Assembly: GCA_963422375.2 (NCBI GenBank)
Contig: OY729427.2
Span: 1,536,001-1,600,000 of the forward strand
From: Bryobacterales bacterium
GTDB lineage: Bacteria > Acidobacteriota > Terriglobia > Bryobacterales > UBA6623
Reading direction: 5' to 3'
Length of the DNA: 64,000 nucleotides
Below the pieces are notes generated by a model. That model was not told the DNA's origin, did no database searches, and saw nothing but the letters and a program-made list of their open reading frames with translations. The position numbers were made by a program, and so were the translations under genes. Shown here piece after piece: positions 21,372-30,988 of this stretch. Position 1 is the stretch's first letter. Each line of letters begins with the position of its first letter.

Positions 21372-21926
21372 CTATTGACTGAGCGAGGCGATAACCTTGC
21401 GGAATTCCGGCTCGGCCGCCGCGGCCGTCCGCGCGGGCGCGGTGAGCTTGAAGAAGACCGGCGCGTCCGGTCCCTGCACGATCGCGGCCAGCATCCGGTA
21501 ACCGGGCATCCTGGTGGCTTGCGGCGCCATCGGGAACGGCTTGAACAGGTAGGTGCCGCTCACGTCGAGCAGCGTCACGCGCATGCCGCCGACATCCCGC
21601 TCCGCGCGCACCGCGGCGCTCGCCGGCAGCGGCCGTCCGTCCGAGCCGACGAACTGCCCGAGCCAGCGGCGCACGTTGGCGCCCACCCCGCCGCCCTGGC
21701 CGGGCCCGAAGTAAAATACCGCCAGCTCGCCGCCCTGGCTGTCGCCTGGCGCCGCGGGAATGGCGTAGTTGGCCGCCCGCATGGGCTTGGGCGCGGAGGT
21801 CCACCCCGACGGGGCGTCGAAGCGGACACCCCCGGCCTCCGCCGCGAAGAGGCCGGCCAGCATCCCCGCGGCGGCAAGCAGCGGGACCTGCAGGCAAAGC
21901 GGCTGGATCGATCGGCGACGCGGCAT
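21372..21926 (-). CDS. Secreted hypothetical protein
   Basis: Signal peptide; PSGW...MRAA...FYFGPGQGGGVGANVRRWLGQF...FFKLTAP. Confidence 0.75.
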   Translation of the reverse strand: MPRRRSIQPLCLQVPLLAAAGMLAGLFAAEAGGVRFDAPSGWTSAPKPMRAANYAIPAAPGDSQGGELAVFYFGPGQGGGVGANVRRWLGQFVGSDGRPLPASAAVRAERDVGGMRVTLLDVSGTYLFKPFPMAPQATRMPGYRMLAAIVQGPDAPVFFKLTAPARTAAAAEPEFRKVIASLSQ

Positions 21927-22006
21927 GGCAGAGCTCGTGTGCAAGCTCCAGTCTACAGGGTCCTCCTCGCCGCGCGGAGGCGGCACCGGGGAGCCTGCGC
22001 CGCCTC

Positions 22007-23260
22007 TCAGCGAGACGAGAGGTGCTTGTCGGCGAAGTCCAGGTAGCGCGCCCAGTCGTACGCGGTCACGTCGTGCCCGCCCGTCCGGACGTGATAGCCG
22101 ACCGTGCCCATGACCGGCCGGTCGACGGCCGGCTGCTCGGAGACTCCCAGGCCCTGCTCGCCCAGAAGGCGGTAGGCCGCTCCCGCATGCATCGCCGAGA
22201 GGAATTCGCCCTTGGGGTCGGCCCAGACGTCCTCCTCGGCGCTGGCGACATAGAGGGCCCGCGGCGCCACCAAGGCCAGCAGCATGTGCTGATCGACGGG
22301 CAGGTCGTCCTCCCTGCCGTTGTAGGCGTGGAAGTTGCGGGCGAACCAGTGCGGGAACCTCGTGTTGATGCGCTCGACCGTCTCGCCGAACCGCCGGCGG
22401 CTCAGCGCCGCCCCTCCGCAGCCCGAATCGTTCGAGATCACCATCGCGAAACGCGTGTCCCGCGCGCCGGCCCACAGCGCGGTCTTGCCGAGCCGCGAAT
22501 GCCCCATCACGGCCGCGCGCGCTGCGTCGGCATGGGCGTCCGTCTCGAGGTAGTCCAAGGCCCGGCTCAGGCCCCATGCCCAAGCGCCGATGCTGCCCCA
22601 GTCCCGCGGCGACCGCGGCGGCGCCAGCGCATGGACTCCATTGCGGAAGCCGTCGTCGTAGTCGGGGTCGAGATCGCCGCAATACACCGTCGCCAAGCCG
22701 TAGCCGCGCCGCAGGACGGTCTCGAGCTGCCAGCGGCTCGCGTTCCGGCCGCGGGTCCGCTCGGTCGCCCGGTTGCCTTCCACGCCGTCGCCGTCGCGCA
22801 TCCAGCGGGTCGAGACGCGAATGCCCGGGTCGGCGTGGACCGTGTGGTTGCCGCCGAAGTTGAGGCCTAGGAAGACGGGCACCGGCCCGGCCCGCGCCGC
22901 GGCCGGCGTGTACAGCAGGAGCTCCATGCTGGGCTCGGCGCGGTCCGGGGAGAACCGGACCAGCACCTGCTTGCGGCGCGCAAGCCCGCCGAGGGCCTCG
23001 CCGTCCCGCTCCAGCACGCTGAACTGCATGCCGGCGGGAGCCTCCGGGGCGACACCGTACACCTGCCGCTCGAAGAGCTCGAGGATTTCCGCCCGGCGGC
23101 CGACCCACTGATCCGCCGTCTCGATCACCCGCCCGTCGGCGCCGCGAAGGATCTCCGGGAGGCTGTAGGCCGGCACCTCGGACTCGTCGTAGTTAAAGCC
23201 CGCGGGCTGGCCGGGCGCCTGCACGGCCCCCAGGACGAGAAGCGCCGGAACGCAGGCGAG
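22007..23260 (-). CDS. CE15 glucuronoyl esterase / acetylxylan esterase-like hydrolase
   Basis: NYDESEVPAYSLP, AWAWGLSR, GHSRLGK, SGCGGAAL, LPVDQH, WADPKGE. The start position is approximate. Confidence 0.85.
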   Translation of the reverse strand, partial: LACVPALLVLGAVQAPGQPAGFNYDESEVPAYSLPEILRGADGRVIETADQWVGRRAEILELFERQVYGVAPEAPAGMQFSVLERDGEALGGLARRKQVLVRFSPDRAEPSMELLLYTPAAARAGPVPVFLGLNFGGNHTVHADPGIRVSTRWMRDGDGVEGNRATERTRGRNASRWQLETVLRRGYGLATVYCGDLDPDYDDGFRNGVHALAPPRSPRDWGSIGAWAWGLSRALDYLETDAHADAARAAVMGHSRLGKTALWAGARDTRFAMVISNDSGCGGAALSRRRFGETVERINTRFPHWFARNFHAYNGREDDLPVDQHMLLALVAPRALYVASAEEDVWADPKGEFLSAMHAGAAYRLLGEQGLGVSEQPAVDRPVMGTVGYHVRTGGHDVTAYDWARYLDFADKHLSSR

Positions 23261-23315
23261 GAGCCGGGCGCTCGGAGCCCCGCACCGGCCGGGACCGTCG
23301 GATATCCTGTCAGCA

Positions 23316-25127
23316 ATGGGCGCCTCCGGGGTACTGTCGCTGGCCGCGGTGGCCGGCGTGGCGGTGGCGCTGGCCACGAACCGGGTCGCCGTCGAGACCG
23401 CGATGCTCGCGGGCCTGATGGCGCAGATCCTGCTCGGCGCGGTCGGGCCCGCCGAGGGGCTGTCGGGGTTCTCCCACCCGGCAGTCATCTCCATCGGTGC
23501 GCTGTTCGTCGTGGCGGCCGGCCTGCGCGAGACCGGAGCGACCCTCTCGATCGGCCCCCTGCTCCTCGGCCGCCCGAAGTCGGTGGCCTCGGCGCAGTTC
23601 CGGCTCATGGCGCCGGTGGCCATCCTCTCGGGCTTCATCAACAACACCCCCGTCGTGGCGATGTACCTGCCGCTCGTGCGCGAATGGGCCGGTCGCATTC
23701 GCGTCAGCGCGTCCAAGCTCCTGCTGCCTCTCAGCTTCGCGTCCATCCTAGGTGGGCAGCTCACCGTGATCGGCAGCGCCTCCAATCTTATCCTGATGGG
23801 CCTGTACCTCACGCATCTCCAGGAATCCGGGCTTCCCGCCCCCGGCAAGACGCTGACCTTCTGGGGCCCGGCGCTGCTGGGCCTGCCCGCCGGGATCGTC
23901 GGCATCGCATTTCTGATCGCGCTGTCGAAGCTGCTCATCCCCGAGCGCCTGCCAGTCGAGGGCGACGCCGCGGACACGCAGAAGTACACGGTCCACATGG
24001 AGCTGCGCCCCAACTCGCGGGCAGCGGGCCGGACGATCGACGAGGCGGGCCTGCGGTCGCTGCCGGGGCTATTCCTGTTCCAGATCGAGCGGGCAGGGAC
24101 CCTGCTGGCCGCCCCTCCGCCCGACACGCGGCTGATGGCGGGCGACCGGCTTAGCTTCACCGGCGTGCTGGAATCCGTGGTCGACCTGCAGCGGATCCGC
24201 GGCTTGGTCCCGACGCAGATCCTGGACGACGGGCCTGTGGCGGACCCGAGCCAACGCGAGCTGGTCGAGGCCGTCATCGCCACGGGGTCCCCGCTCGTCG
24301 GCCGCACCGTCCGCGAGGCGAGGTTCCGGACGGTCTACAACGCCGCGGTCGTGGCGGTGCGGCGCAACGGCGTCGCGATCGAGTCAAAGATCGGGGACAT
24401 CCGCCTGCAGCCCGGAGACACGCTCCTGCTCGAGACCCCGCGCGGGTTCGCCCGCGCCCACCGCAGTTCGAGCCACTTCTACCTGGTCTCGCCACTGCAC
24501 GAGTTCGTGCCTCCGAGGCACGACCGCCTAGGAGCGGCGGCGGCCGCGTTCGGCCTCCTGGTCGCCGGGCTGATGCTGTCCCCTCTCGAGCCGGTCACGG
24601 TCTGCATGTGCGCGGGCCTGCTGATGATCTGCTCCGGCTGCGTGCGGCTGGGCCGCGCCATTTCAGGGGAGTCCCTGCAAATCATCGTTGCGATCGCGGC
24701 CGCGTTGGGGATGGCCGCCGCATTGGAGCAGACCGGAGCGGCCCGGTCCGTGGCCGCATGGCTGCTCGACACCTGCACGAGCGCGGGCATCGGCCACCGC
24801 GGCATCCTCTTCGTAATGATGCTGACGGCCACGCTCTTCGCCCAGATGATCACCAAGAACGGGGCCGCCGCGCTGATGTTCCCGGTCGCCAAGGCGACGG
24901 CGGACAGCCTCGGGCTGCACCTCGAGCCGTTCGCGTTCAGCCTGATCTTCGGCTGCGGAATGAGCTTCCTCTCGCCGGTCGGGTACCAGACGAACCTAAT
25001 GGTCTACGGGCCCGGCGGCTACCGGTTCCTAGACTTCGCCCGGGTAGGACTGCCCCTGACCGTGCTGCTGGCCGCGATGGGCGCCCTGCTCTGCCCGCTC
25101 GCGTTCCCGTTCAAGCCGCTGCCCTGA
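23316..25127 (+). CDS. SLC13 family permease with TrkA-C domains
   Basis: SGFINNTPVVA, IGSASNL, PVGYQTNLMVYGPGGYRF. Confidence 0.92.
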   Translation: MGASGVLSLAAVAGVAVALATNRVAVETAMLAGLMAQILLGAVGPAEGLSGFSHPAVISIGALFVVAAGLRETGATLSIGPLLLGRPKSVASAQFRLMAPVAILSGFINNTPVVAMYLPLVREWAGRIRVSASKLLLPLSFASILGGQLTVIGSASNLILMGLYLTHLQESGLPAPGKTLTFWGPALLGLPAGIVGIAFLIALSKLLIPERLPVEGDAADTQKYTVHMELRPNSRAAGRTIDEAGLRSLPGLFLFQIERAGTLLAAPPPDTRLMAGDRLSFTGVLESVVDLQRIRGLVPTQILDDGPVADPSQRELVEAVIATGSPLVGRTVREARFRTVYNAAVVAVRRNGVAIESKIGDIRLQPGDTLLLETPRGFARAHRSSSHFYLVSPLHEFVPPRHDRLGAAAAAFGLLVAGLMLSPLEPVTVCMCAGLLMICSGCVRLGRAISGESLQIIVAIAAALGMAAALEQTGAARSVAAWLLDTCTSAGIGHRGILFVMMLTATLFAQMITKNGAAALMFPVAKATADSLGLHLEPFAFSLIFGCGMSFLSPVGYQTNLMVYGPGGYRFLDFARVGLPLTVLLAAMGALLCPLAFPFKPLP

Positions 25128-25136
25128 GAGCGGGGA

Positions 25137-26024
25137 ATGCCGGAGCTGCCCGACGTCGCGGTCTACGTCGAGGCGCTCGCGACCCGTCTGACCGGGCAGC
25201 CGCTGCAGGATGTGCGCATCCGCAGCCCGCTGCTGCTGCGAACGGTGGACCCCCCTCTCGGCGACTGCCTCGGCAGGCGCGCGACCGGCTTCCGTCGGAT
25301 CGGCAAGCGGATCGCAATCGGGCTCGAGGAGGGCTACTGGCTGGTGCTGCACCTGATGATCGCCGGGCGGCTGCACTGGCGGCCGCGCCGCGCCAAGCCC
25401 CCGGCCAGGCGCGGGCTTGCCGCCTTCGACTTCGCCAACGGCACGCTGCTGCTGGCCGAAGCGGGCAGCAAGAAGCGGGCGTCGCTGCATGTCGTCCGGG
25501 GCCGGCGGCTAGAGGAGTTCCACAGGGGAGGCGTGGAAGTGCTCGAAGTCTCGTGCGGCGCGTTCGGCGAGGCGCTCCGCGTGCGCAACCGCACGGTGAA
25601 ACGGGCCCTCACCGATCCGAGCGTCTGCAGCGGCATCGGAAACGCCTACTCGGACGAGATCCTGCACCGCGCCTGCATCTCGCCGGTCGCGCTGACCTCC
25701 GGGCTGGACGCCGTCCAAGTGGAGCGGCTCTACGAAGCGTCCCGCAGCGTGCTGCGGGAATGGACGGACCGCCTGCGCGCGGAATGCGAGGGAGGTTTCC
25801 CGCAGAATGTCTCCGCCTTCCGCGACGGCATGGCCGTGCACGGCCGCTACGGCCGGCCCTGTCCCGACTGCGGCGCGCCCGTGCAGCGCATCCGCTACGC
25901 GTCGAACGAGACGAACTACTGCGCCCGCTGCCAGACCGGCGGGAAGCTGCTGGCGGACCGCGCCCTCTCGCGGCTCCTGCGGTCGGACTGGCCGCGCAGC
26001 CTGGACGAGCTGTCCAACGGCTGA
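25137..26024 (+). CDS. Fpg/Nei family DNA glycosylase
   Basis: MPELPDV, HLMIAGRL, GIGNAYSDEIL (H2TH), CPDC...CARCQ zinc finger. Confidence 0.92.
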   Translation: MPELPDVAVYVEALATRLTGQPLQDVRIRSPLLLRTVDPPLGDCLGRRATGFRRIGKRIAIGLEEGYWLVLHLMIAGRLHWRPRRAKPPARRGLAAFDFANGTLLLAEAGSKKRASLHVVRGRRLEEFHRGGVEVLEVSCGAFGEALRVRNRTVKRALTDPSVCSGIGNAYSDEILHRACISPVALTSGLDAVQVERLYEASRSVLREWTDRLRAECEGGFPQNVSAFRDGMAVHGRYGRPCPDCGAPVQRIRYASNETNYCARCQTGGKLLADRALSRLLRSDWPRSLDELSNG

Positions 26025-26060
26025 GGCCGGCCCGCAGGCTCAACGGGTAAAATGCGAGAG

Positions 26061-27086
26061 ATGGAGCTCCCGCGCGAGCTGAGGTTCGGGTCCCTGCTGG
26101 TCGCCCCCCCGGTCGTGCTCGCGCCCATGGCCGGGGTCACCGACACCGTGTTCCGCCGACTGATCCGGCGCCTGTCGGGCTGCGGCCTGATCATGACCGA
26201 GTTCACGAGCTCGCACGGCATCGTCGCCAACCACGGCGCGGCGCGGCCCAAGCCCCGTCGCAGCCCCTTCAACTACCTCCACTACGAACCCGACGAGCAT
26301 CCGATCGTGGCCCAGCTGTTCGGCTCGGACGCTCAGGTGCTGGCGGACGCGGCGCGCCTGGTGGAGGATCTCGGGTTCGACGGCGTCGACATGAATTTCG
26401 GCTGCCCGGTCAAGAAGGTGGTCAAGTGCAACGGGGGCTCGGGCCTGCTGCGCGACCTGCCCTTGGTGGAGCGAATCCTGCGGGCGGTCCGCGCCGCGGT
26501 CGGCATCCCGTTCACCTGCAAGTTCCGCACCGGCTGGGACGACCGCTCGATCGTGGTGCGGCAGATGGGGCGGATCGCCGAGGACTGCGGCCTGCAGGGC
26601 GTCTCGCTGCACGGCCGCACGCGCCAGCAGGGCTACGGCGGCAGCGCGGACTGGGACCGCATCGCCGAGCTCAAGGCCGCCGTGAGGATACCTGTGGTCG
26701 GCAACGGAGACGTCTTCTCCCCCGAGGACTCCGTGCGGATGTTCCGCCGCACTGGCTGCGACGGGGTCATGATCGGGCGCGCCGCGTCCAGCAACCCGTG
26801 GATTTTCCGCCAGATCCAGCAATTCGTCGCCACCGGCGCCTACGACCGGCCGACCGACCTCCAGCGCTACCAGCTGCTGCGCGAGTACTTCGGCATGCTG
26901 CTCGACGACGCGGGCAAGATTTCCGGACATCCCCTGGGCAAGATGAAGCAGTTCGCCACGTACTTCACGCGCGGCATGCCGGACGGATCGCAGCTGCGTA
27001 AGAAGGTGCATCGGGCGTCTTCGACGGCGCAGGTCATCGAGACGGTCGACCGGAGCCTCCAGGAGCACTTGGCGCGGGCGGCCTGA
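26061..27086 (+). CDS. dusB: tRNA-dihydrouridine synthase
   Basis: LAPMAGVTD, DMNFGCP, LHGRT, GNGDV, VMIGR. Confidence 0.92.
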   Translation: MELPRELRFGSLLVAPPVVLAPMAGVTDTVFRRLIRRLSGCGLIMTEFTSSHGIVANHGAARPKPRRSPFNYLHYEPDEHPIVAQLFGSDAQVLADAARLVEDLGFDGVDMNFGCPVKKVVKCNGGSGLLRDLPLVERILRAVRAAVGIPFTCKFRTGWDDRSIVVRQMGRIAEDCGLQGVSLHGRTRQQGYGGSADWDRIAELKAAVRIPVVGNGDVFSPEDSVRMFRRTGCDGVMIGRAASSNPWIFRQIQQFVATGAYDRPTDLQRYQLLREYFGMLLDDAGKISGHPLGKMKQFATYFTRGMPDGSQLRKKVHRASSTAQVIETVDRSLQEHLARAA

Positions 27087-27984
27087 CGCCGCCGCAAGCC
27101 GCGCCCAAGCGGAGCAGGCGCGCGGCCACCTGGGATCCTAGGGCCGCGGCGCGGGCGGGCGAGCCGGACGCCTCGGCCCGGACGATTGCCCCGTCGTTCC
27201 GCGCGCAGGCCGCGACCAGGAGCAGGTCGCCAGCTCGCGCGGCCGCGTTAGCTCCCAAGGGCACGTCGCAGCCCCCGCCCAGCGATCGCAGCAGTTCGCG
27301 CTCGGCGGCGACTTCGGCGGCGGCGCGCGGATCGTGCAGCGGCGCGAGAGCGTCGAGCGCCCGGCTGTCGCCCGCCCGGACTTGGATGCCCAGGGCACCC
27401 TGCCCCGCAGCGGGCACCATGCTGGAGGTCTCGAGGTACTCGCTCACCCGCGCCTGCAGGCCGAGCCGCTCGAGGCCGGCGGCGGCCAGCACGATCGCGT
27501 CGTACTCGCCCGCCTCCAGCTTGCGAATCCGGGTGTCGACATTGCCGCGGATGCCTGCGACGGCCAGGTCCGGCCGCAGCGCGCGCAACTGCGCGGCGCG
27601 ACGCGTCGAGCCGGTGCCGACGCGGTCCCCCGCTCGCAGGCCGTCCAGGCCCTTGCCCAGCAGGGCGTCCCTCGGGTCGGCCCGGGTGGGCACGCAGCCC
27701 AGCGCGAGCCGATCGTCCAGCTCCGTCGGCAGATCCTTGAGACTATGCACCGCGACGTCAATCGCGCCCGCGAGCAGGGCGTCCTCGATTTCCTTCGTGA
27801 AGACGCCCTTGACGCCCTCCCGCTGGCCGAGCTCGGCCAGCGCCACGGCGCCAAGGCGGTCGCCGGTCGTCCGGATGACCCGGATGCCGGTCCGGCAGCC
27901 GGAGCGCTCCAAGAGCCCGGCAACCCAGCGAGCCTGCCGCAGGGCCAGCTGCGAGCCCCTAGTGCCGACGGTCAGGCTCTCCAC
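27034..27984 (-). CDS. hemC: Hydroxymethylbilane synthase
   Basis: GTRGSQLA, KGVFTKEIE, VHSLKD, IRGNVDTR, GGGCDVP. The 3' end overlaps dusB. Confidence 0.95.
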   Translation of the reverse strand: MESLTVGTRGSQLALRQARWVAGLLERSGCRTGIRVIRTTGDRLGAVALAELGQREGVKGVFTKEIEDALLAGAIDVAVHSLKDLPTELDDRLALGCVPTRADPRDALLGKGLDGLRAGDRVGTGSTRRAAQLRALRPDLAVAGIRGNVDTRIRKLEAGEYDAIVLAAAGLERLGLQARVSEYLETSSMVPAAGQGALGIQVRAGDSRALDALAPLHDPRAAAEVAAERELLRSLGGGCDVPLGANAAARAGDLLLVAACARNDGAIVRAEASGSPARAAALGSQVAARLLRLGAACGGVRPPAPSAPGGSGRPSR

Positions 27985-27992
27985 GCGGGCCC

Positions 27993-29249
27993 CTACTCGA
28001 GCCCGAAGATCCGCCGGATGTCGTCGAGGGTGACACGCGAGCGAGGGTCGGACACGCTGCGCTTCGCCTCGCGGATCGGATGGTGGGCGACCTTGCCGAT
28101 GATGCCTTGCGTCAGCGCTTCCACCGCCTCGCGCTGCTCCGCGCTGAGGCCTCGCAGCTTGGACTCGAATCGCGCCAGCTCCCCCCGGCGGATGGCCTCC
28201 AGGCGCTGGTTGAGGGACCGGATGGCCGGCCCCGCGCCGTCGGCCTCGATGCGCCGGAGCACCCGGTCGACTTCGTCGTCGACAATGCGCTCGGCGGTGC
28301 CGGCCTCGATCCGCCGCTGCCGCATGTTCGCGGCGGCCACCTGCTCCAGGTCGTCGATGTCGTAGACGAACATGTTGTCGATCTGATTGATGCCCGGGTC
28401 GACGTCGCGGGGCACGGCGATGTCGACGAGGAAGATCGGCCGGTTGCGGCGGGCGGCGATCACTCCCTGGGCGGTCCTCCTGGAGAGGATGTAGCCGGGA
28501 GCGGCCGTGGAGGCGACGACGATGTCCACCTGCTGCAGCAACTCGAGCAGGCGGTCGAAGGCGACCGCCTCGGCCCCGAACTCGCGGGCAAGCCGCTCGG
28601 CGCTCGAAAGCGTGCGGTTGGTCACGAAGAGGCGCAGCTCGCCCGTGCCGCGCAAGTGGCGGGCGGCCGCCTCGGCCATCTCGCCGGCGCCGACCAGCAG
28701 CACGGACAGGCCGTCGAGATCGCCGAAGATCTTGCGCGCGAGCTCCACCGCCACGTAGCTGACCGAGACCGCCATGCGGCCGATCTCCGTCTCGTTGCGC
28801 ACGCGGCGGGCGACGCGGAAGGCGTGCGAGACCAGGCTGTCGAGCGGACCGCCCAAGGCGCCGGCGTCGCGGGCCCGATGGTAGGCGTCCCGCACCTGGC
28901 CGAGGATCTGGGGCTCGCCGACGACCATCGAGTCGAGGCTCGCGGCCACGCGGAACACGTGCCGCACGGCCTGGCGGCCCTCGTAGCCGTAGAAGGCCGC
29001 CTCGTCCACGCCCGCGCCGTTGGAGAGGGCGCTCACGCGGCGGAGCACCTCGTCGCGCAGCGCGGACCGCTCGCCGCTGGCCAGGAACTCGACCCGGTTA
29101 CAGGTCGACAGGACCAGCGCCTCGTCGAGCGACTGGGAGCGGGCGAGATCGCGGGAGAGCTCGCCCGCGTCCGCCTCGGACACCGCCAGGCACTCGCGCA
29201 CCTCGACCGGCGCCGTCCTGTGGCTGATGCCGACCAGCTGGATGCTCAT
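27993..29249 (-). CDS. hemA: Glutamyl-tRNA reductase
   Basis: HRTAPVEVRE, LSTCNRVE, SLDSMVVGEPQILGQ, GAGEM, DIAVPRD. Confidence 0.96.
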   Translation of the reverse strand: MSIQLVGISHRTAPVEVRECLAVSEADAGELSRDLARSQSLDEALVLSTCNRVEFLASGERSALRDEVLRRVSALSNGAGVDEAAFYGYEGRQAVRHVFRVAASLDSMVVGEPQILGQVRDAYHRARDAGALGGPLDSLVSHAFRVARRVRNETEIGRMAVSVSYVAVELARKIFGDLDGLSVLLVGAGEMAEAAARHLRGTGELRLFVTNRTLSSAERLAREFGAEAVAFDRLLELLQQVDIVVASTAAPGYILSRRTAQGVIAARRNRPIFLVDIAVPRDVDPGINQIDNMFVYDIDDLEQVAAANMRQRRIEAGTAERIVDDEVDRVLRRIEADGAGPAIRSLNQRLEAIRRGELARFESKLRGLSAEQREAVEALTQGIIGKVAHHPIREAKRSVSDPRSRVTLDDIRRIFGLE

Positions 29250-30061
29250 CGCACCATGAACGAGTGGGCACCGCTGTTGACCACCCACGTCAGGGCGGCG
29301 CAGCCGAAGCCGGCGATCGACAGGTAGGCTCCCTTGCGTCCGCGCCAGCCGGCCGCGAGGCGGCTGATCACCATGGCGAAGGAGATCGCCCAGGTCAGGA
29401 ACGCGAGGGCGATGGTAGGGTCGACCAGCCAGTTGGCCCCCCACTCCAGGAAGGCCCAGACCGAGGCGGCGATCAGGCCCAGCGTCACCAGCACGAAGGC
29501 GGCCGCCAGCGCCTGGTAGCCCATTTCGTCGAGCTTGCCCAGCGGAGGCAGGCGGTGATAGAGGGCGCGCAGGTTCTTCGTCTTCAGCTCGCGCTCCTGA
29601 ATGAGGTACATCACGCCCGCGACGCAGGTCAGGAAGAGCGCGGCGTAGCCGAGCAGGAACAGGGCCGCATGCAGGGACGGCCACCAATGCGCCATGGCGC
29701 CCGGCGCCGGCGGGGCGGGCCCGCGGAGCACGCCGACGAGAGCGAGCAGGAACACCGACGGAAAGACGAAGATCGCCACGCTCTGGTACTTGAAGCGCGC
29801 GTACACCGCAAGGAAGACGGCGGTCATGAAAAACGCCGCCATGGAGGACATCTGCTGGAGCGTGCGGACCGGAAAACGACCCGAATCGACGCTCGCCGAC
29901 GCCAAGGCAAGACCGTGCAGCCCTGCACCGACGACGAACGCGTACAGCGCCGGCTTGAACATCCTGCGTTTCTGCCGGACCACGCTGTAGAGCGAGTCCA
30001 GCAGGCCGAACGAGTACAGCGCCAAAGCCGCCCGCGCCAGAACCGCGCCCAGTCCCTCCAT
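29246..30061 (-). CDS. Cytochrome c assembly (CcsA/HemX-like) membrane protein
   Basis: Multiple transmembrane segments, YLIQERELK..LPPL, GWRGRK; directly upstream of hemA. Confidence 0.85.
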   Translation of the reverse strand: MEGLGAVLARAALALYSFGLLDSLYSVVRQKRRMFKPALYAFVVGAGLHGLALASASVDSGRFPVRTLQQMSSMAAFFMTAVFLAVYARFKYQSVAIFVFPSVFLLALVGVLRGPAPPAPGAMAHWWPSLHAALFLLGYAALFLTCVAGVMYLIQERELKTKNLRALYHRLPPLGKLDEMGYQALAAAFVLVTLGLIAASVWAFLEWGANWLVDPTIALAFLTWAISFAMVISRLAAGWRGRKGAYLSIAGFGCAALTWVVNSGAHSFMVR

Positions 30062-30107
30062 GGCTCGAATTATACTGGCCGGCTCCGCCGGCGACGGCGA
30101 GGAGAGG

Positions 30108-30599
30108 TCATTTCGGCGGGTGCCCGAAAGCCGCCCGGACGCGCTCCCAGGTCACAGAAAGCGACTCGGGAAGCACCCGCGTCTCGCCGACCACGGTGAC
30201 GAAGCTCGCGTCCGCGAACCAGCGCGGGAGCGCATGCATGTGGATGTGACCGGCCGCGCGGCCGACGTTCATCCCGATGTTGACGCCGTCCGGCGAGTAA
30301 AGCGACCGCAGCAGGTCCTCTGCGCGTTGGGTCAGCCGCATCATCTCCTCGGCGGTCTCCACGGAAGCCGCCGCCAGGGAGTCGACATGGCGGTAGGGAA
30401 TCACCATCAGGTGGCCGCTGGGATACGGGAAGCGGTTCAGCACGACGAAGTTGAGCCTCGCGCGATGCACGACCAAGGCCTGGCGGTCGTCGGAGCCCGA
30501 CTCGAGCAGGGAGCAGAAGACGCAGGCCGGCGCGCCGGGGGAGTCGTCCGCGACGCCCGAGACGTAGCTGTAGCGCCAAGGCGTCCACGGGTAGTCCAT
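30108..30599 (-). CDS. HIT family hydrolase
   Basis: WTPWR, CVFC, LNRFPY, HIHMH triad. Confidence 0.92.
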   Translation of the reverse strand: MDYPWTPWRYSYVSGVADDSPGAPACVFCSLLESGSDDRQALVVHRARLNFVVLNRFPYPSGHLMVIPYRHVDSLAAASVETAEEMMRLTQRAEDLLRSLYSPDGVNIGMNVGRAAGHIHMHALPRWFADASFVTVVGETRVLPESLSVTWERVRAAFGHPPK

Positions 30600-30624
30600 C
30601 GATCAGGCGGACGGCGACGGGCCG

Positions 30625-30918
30625 TCAGTCCTCGGCGCGGTGGGCGTCGAGAACCGCGCCGCGCAGCTGCTTGCTCGGCCTGAAGAAGGCAATCGTCCTA
30701 GCCGGCACGTCGACCGAATCGCCCGACCGCGGATTGCGGGCCTTGCGGGCGGCGCGGGTGCGCGTGCGAAAGCTGCCGAACCCCCGGATCTCGACCTTGT
30801 CGCCCCGCCTCAGGGCATCCACGATGCTCTCCAGGGCCGTGTCGACGATCTTGCCGGCTTCCTTGTGTGACACGAGGATGGTCCGAGAGATCTTCTCGAC
30901 AATTCTGGCTTTCGTCAT
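30625..30918 (-). CDS. HU/IHF family DNA-binding protein
   Basis: MTKA, KVEIRGFGSF, ARNPRSG, FRPSKQL. Confidence 0.93.
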   Translation of the reverse strand: MTKARIVEKISRTILVSHKEAGKIVDTALESIVDALRRGDKVEIRGFGSFRTRTRAARKARNPRSGDSVDVPARTIAFFRPSKQLRGAVLDAHRAED

Positions 30919-30988
30919 GGCCCGCGCGCTTGCGCCGCCCTCAGCGCTCATTGTAATGAACCGCGCGGAGAGCCCCGTTCCGGCGGGT

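Noticed and set aside
27034..27086. Convergent overlap of hemC and dusB
   Set aside because: It is a short C-terminal run-on, which is common in GC-rich genomes.
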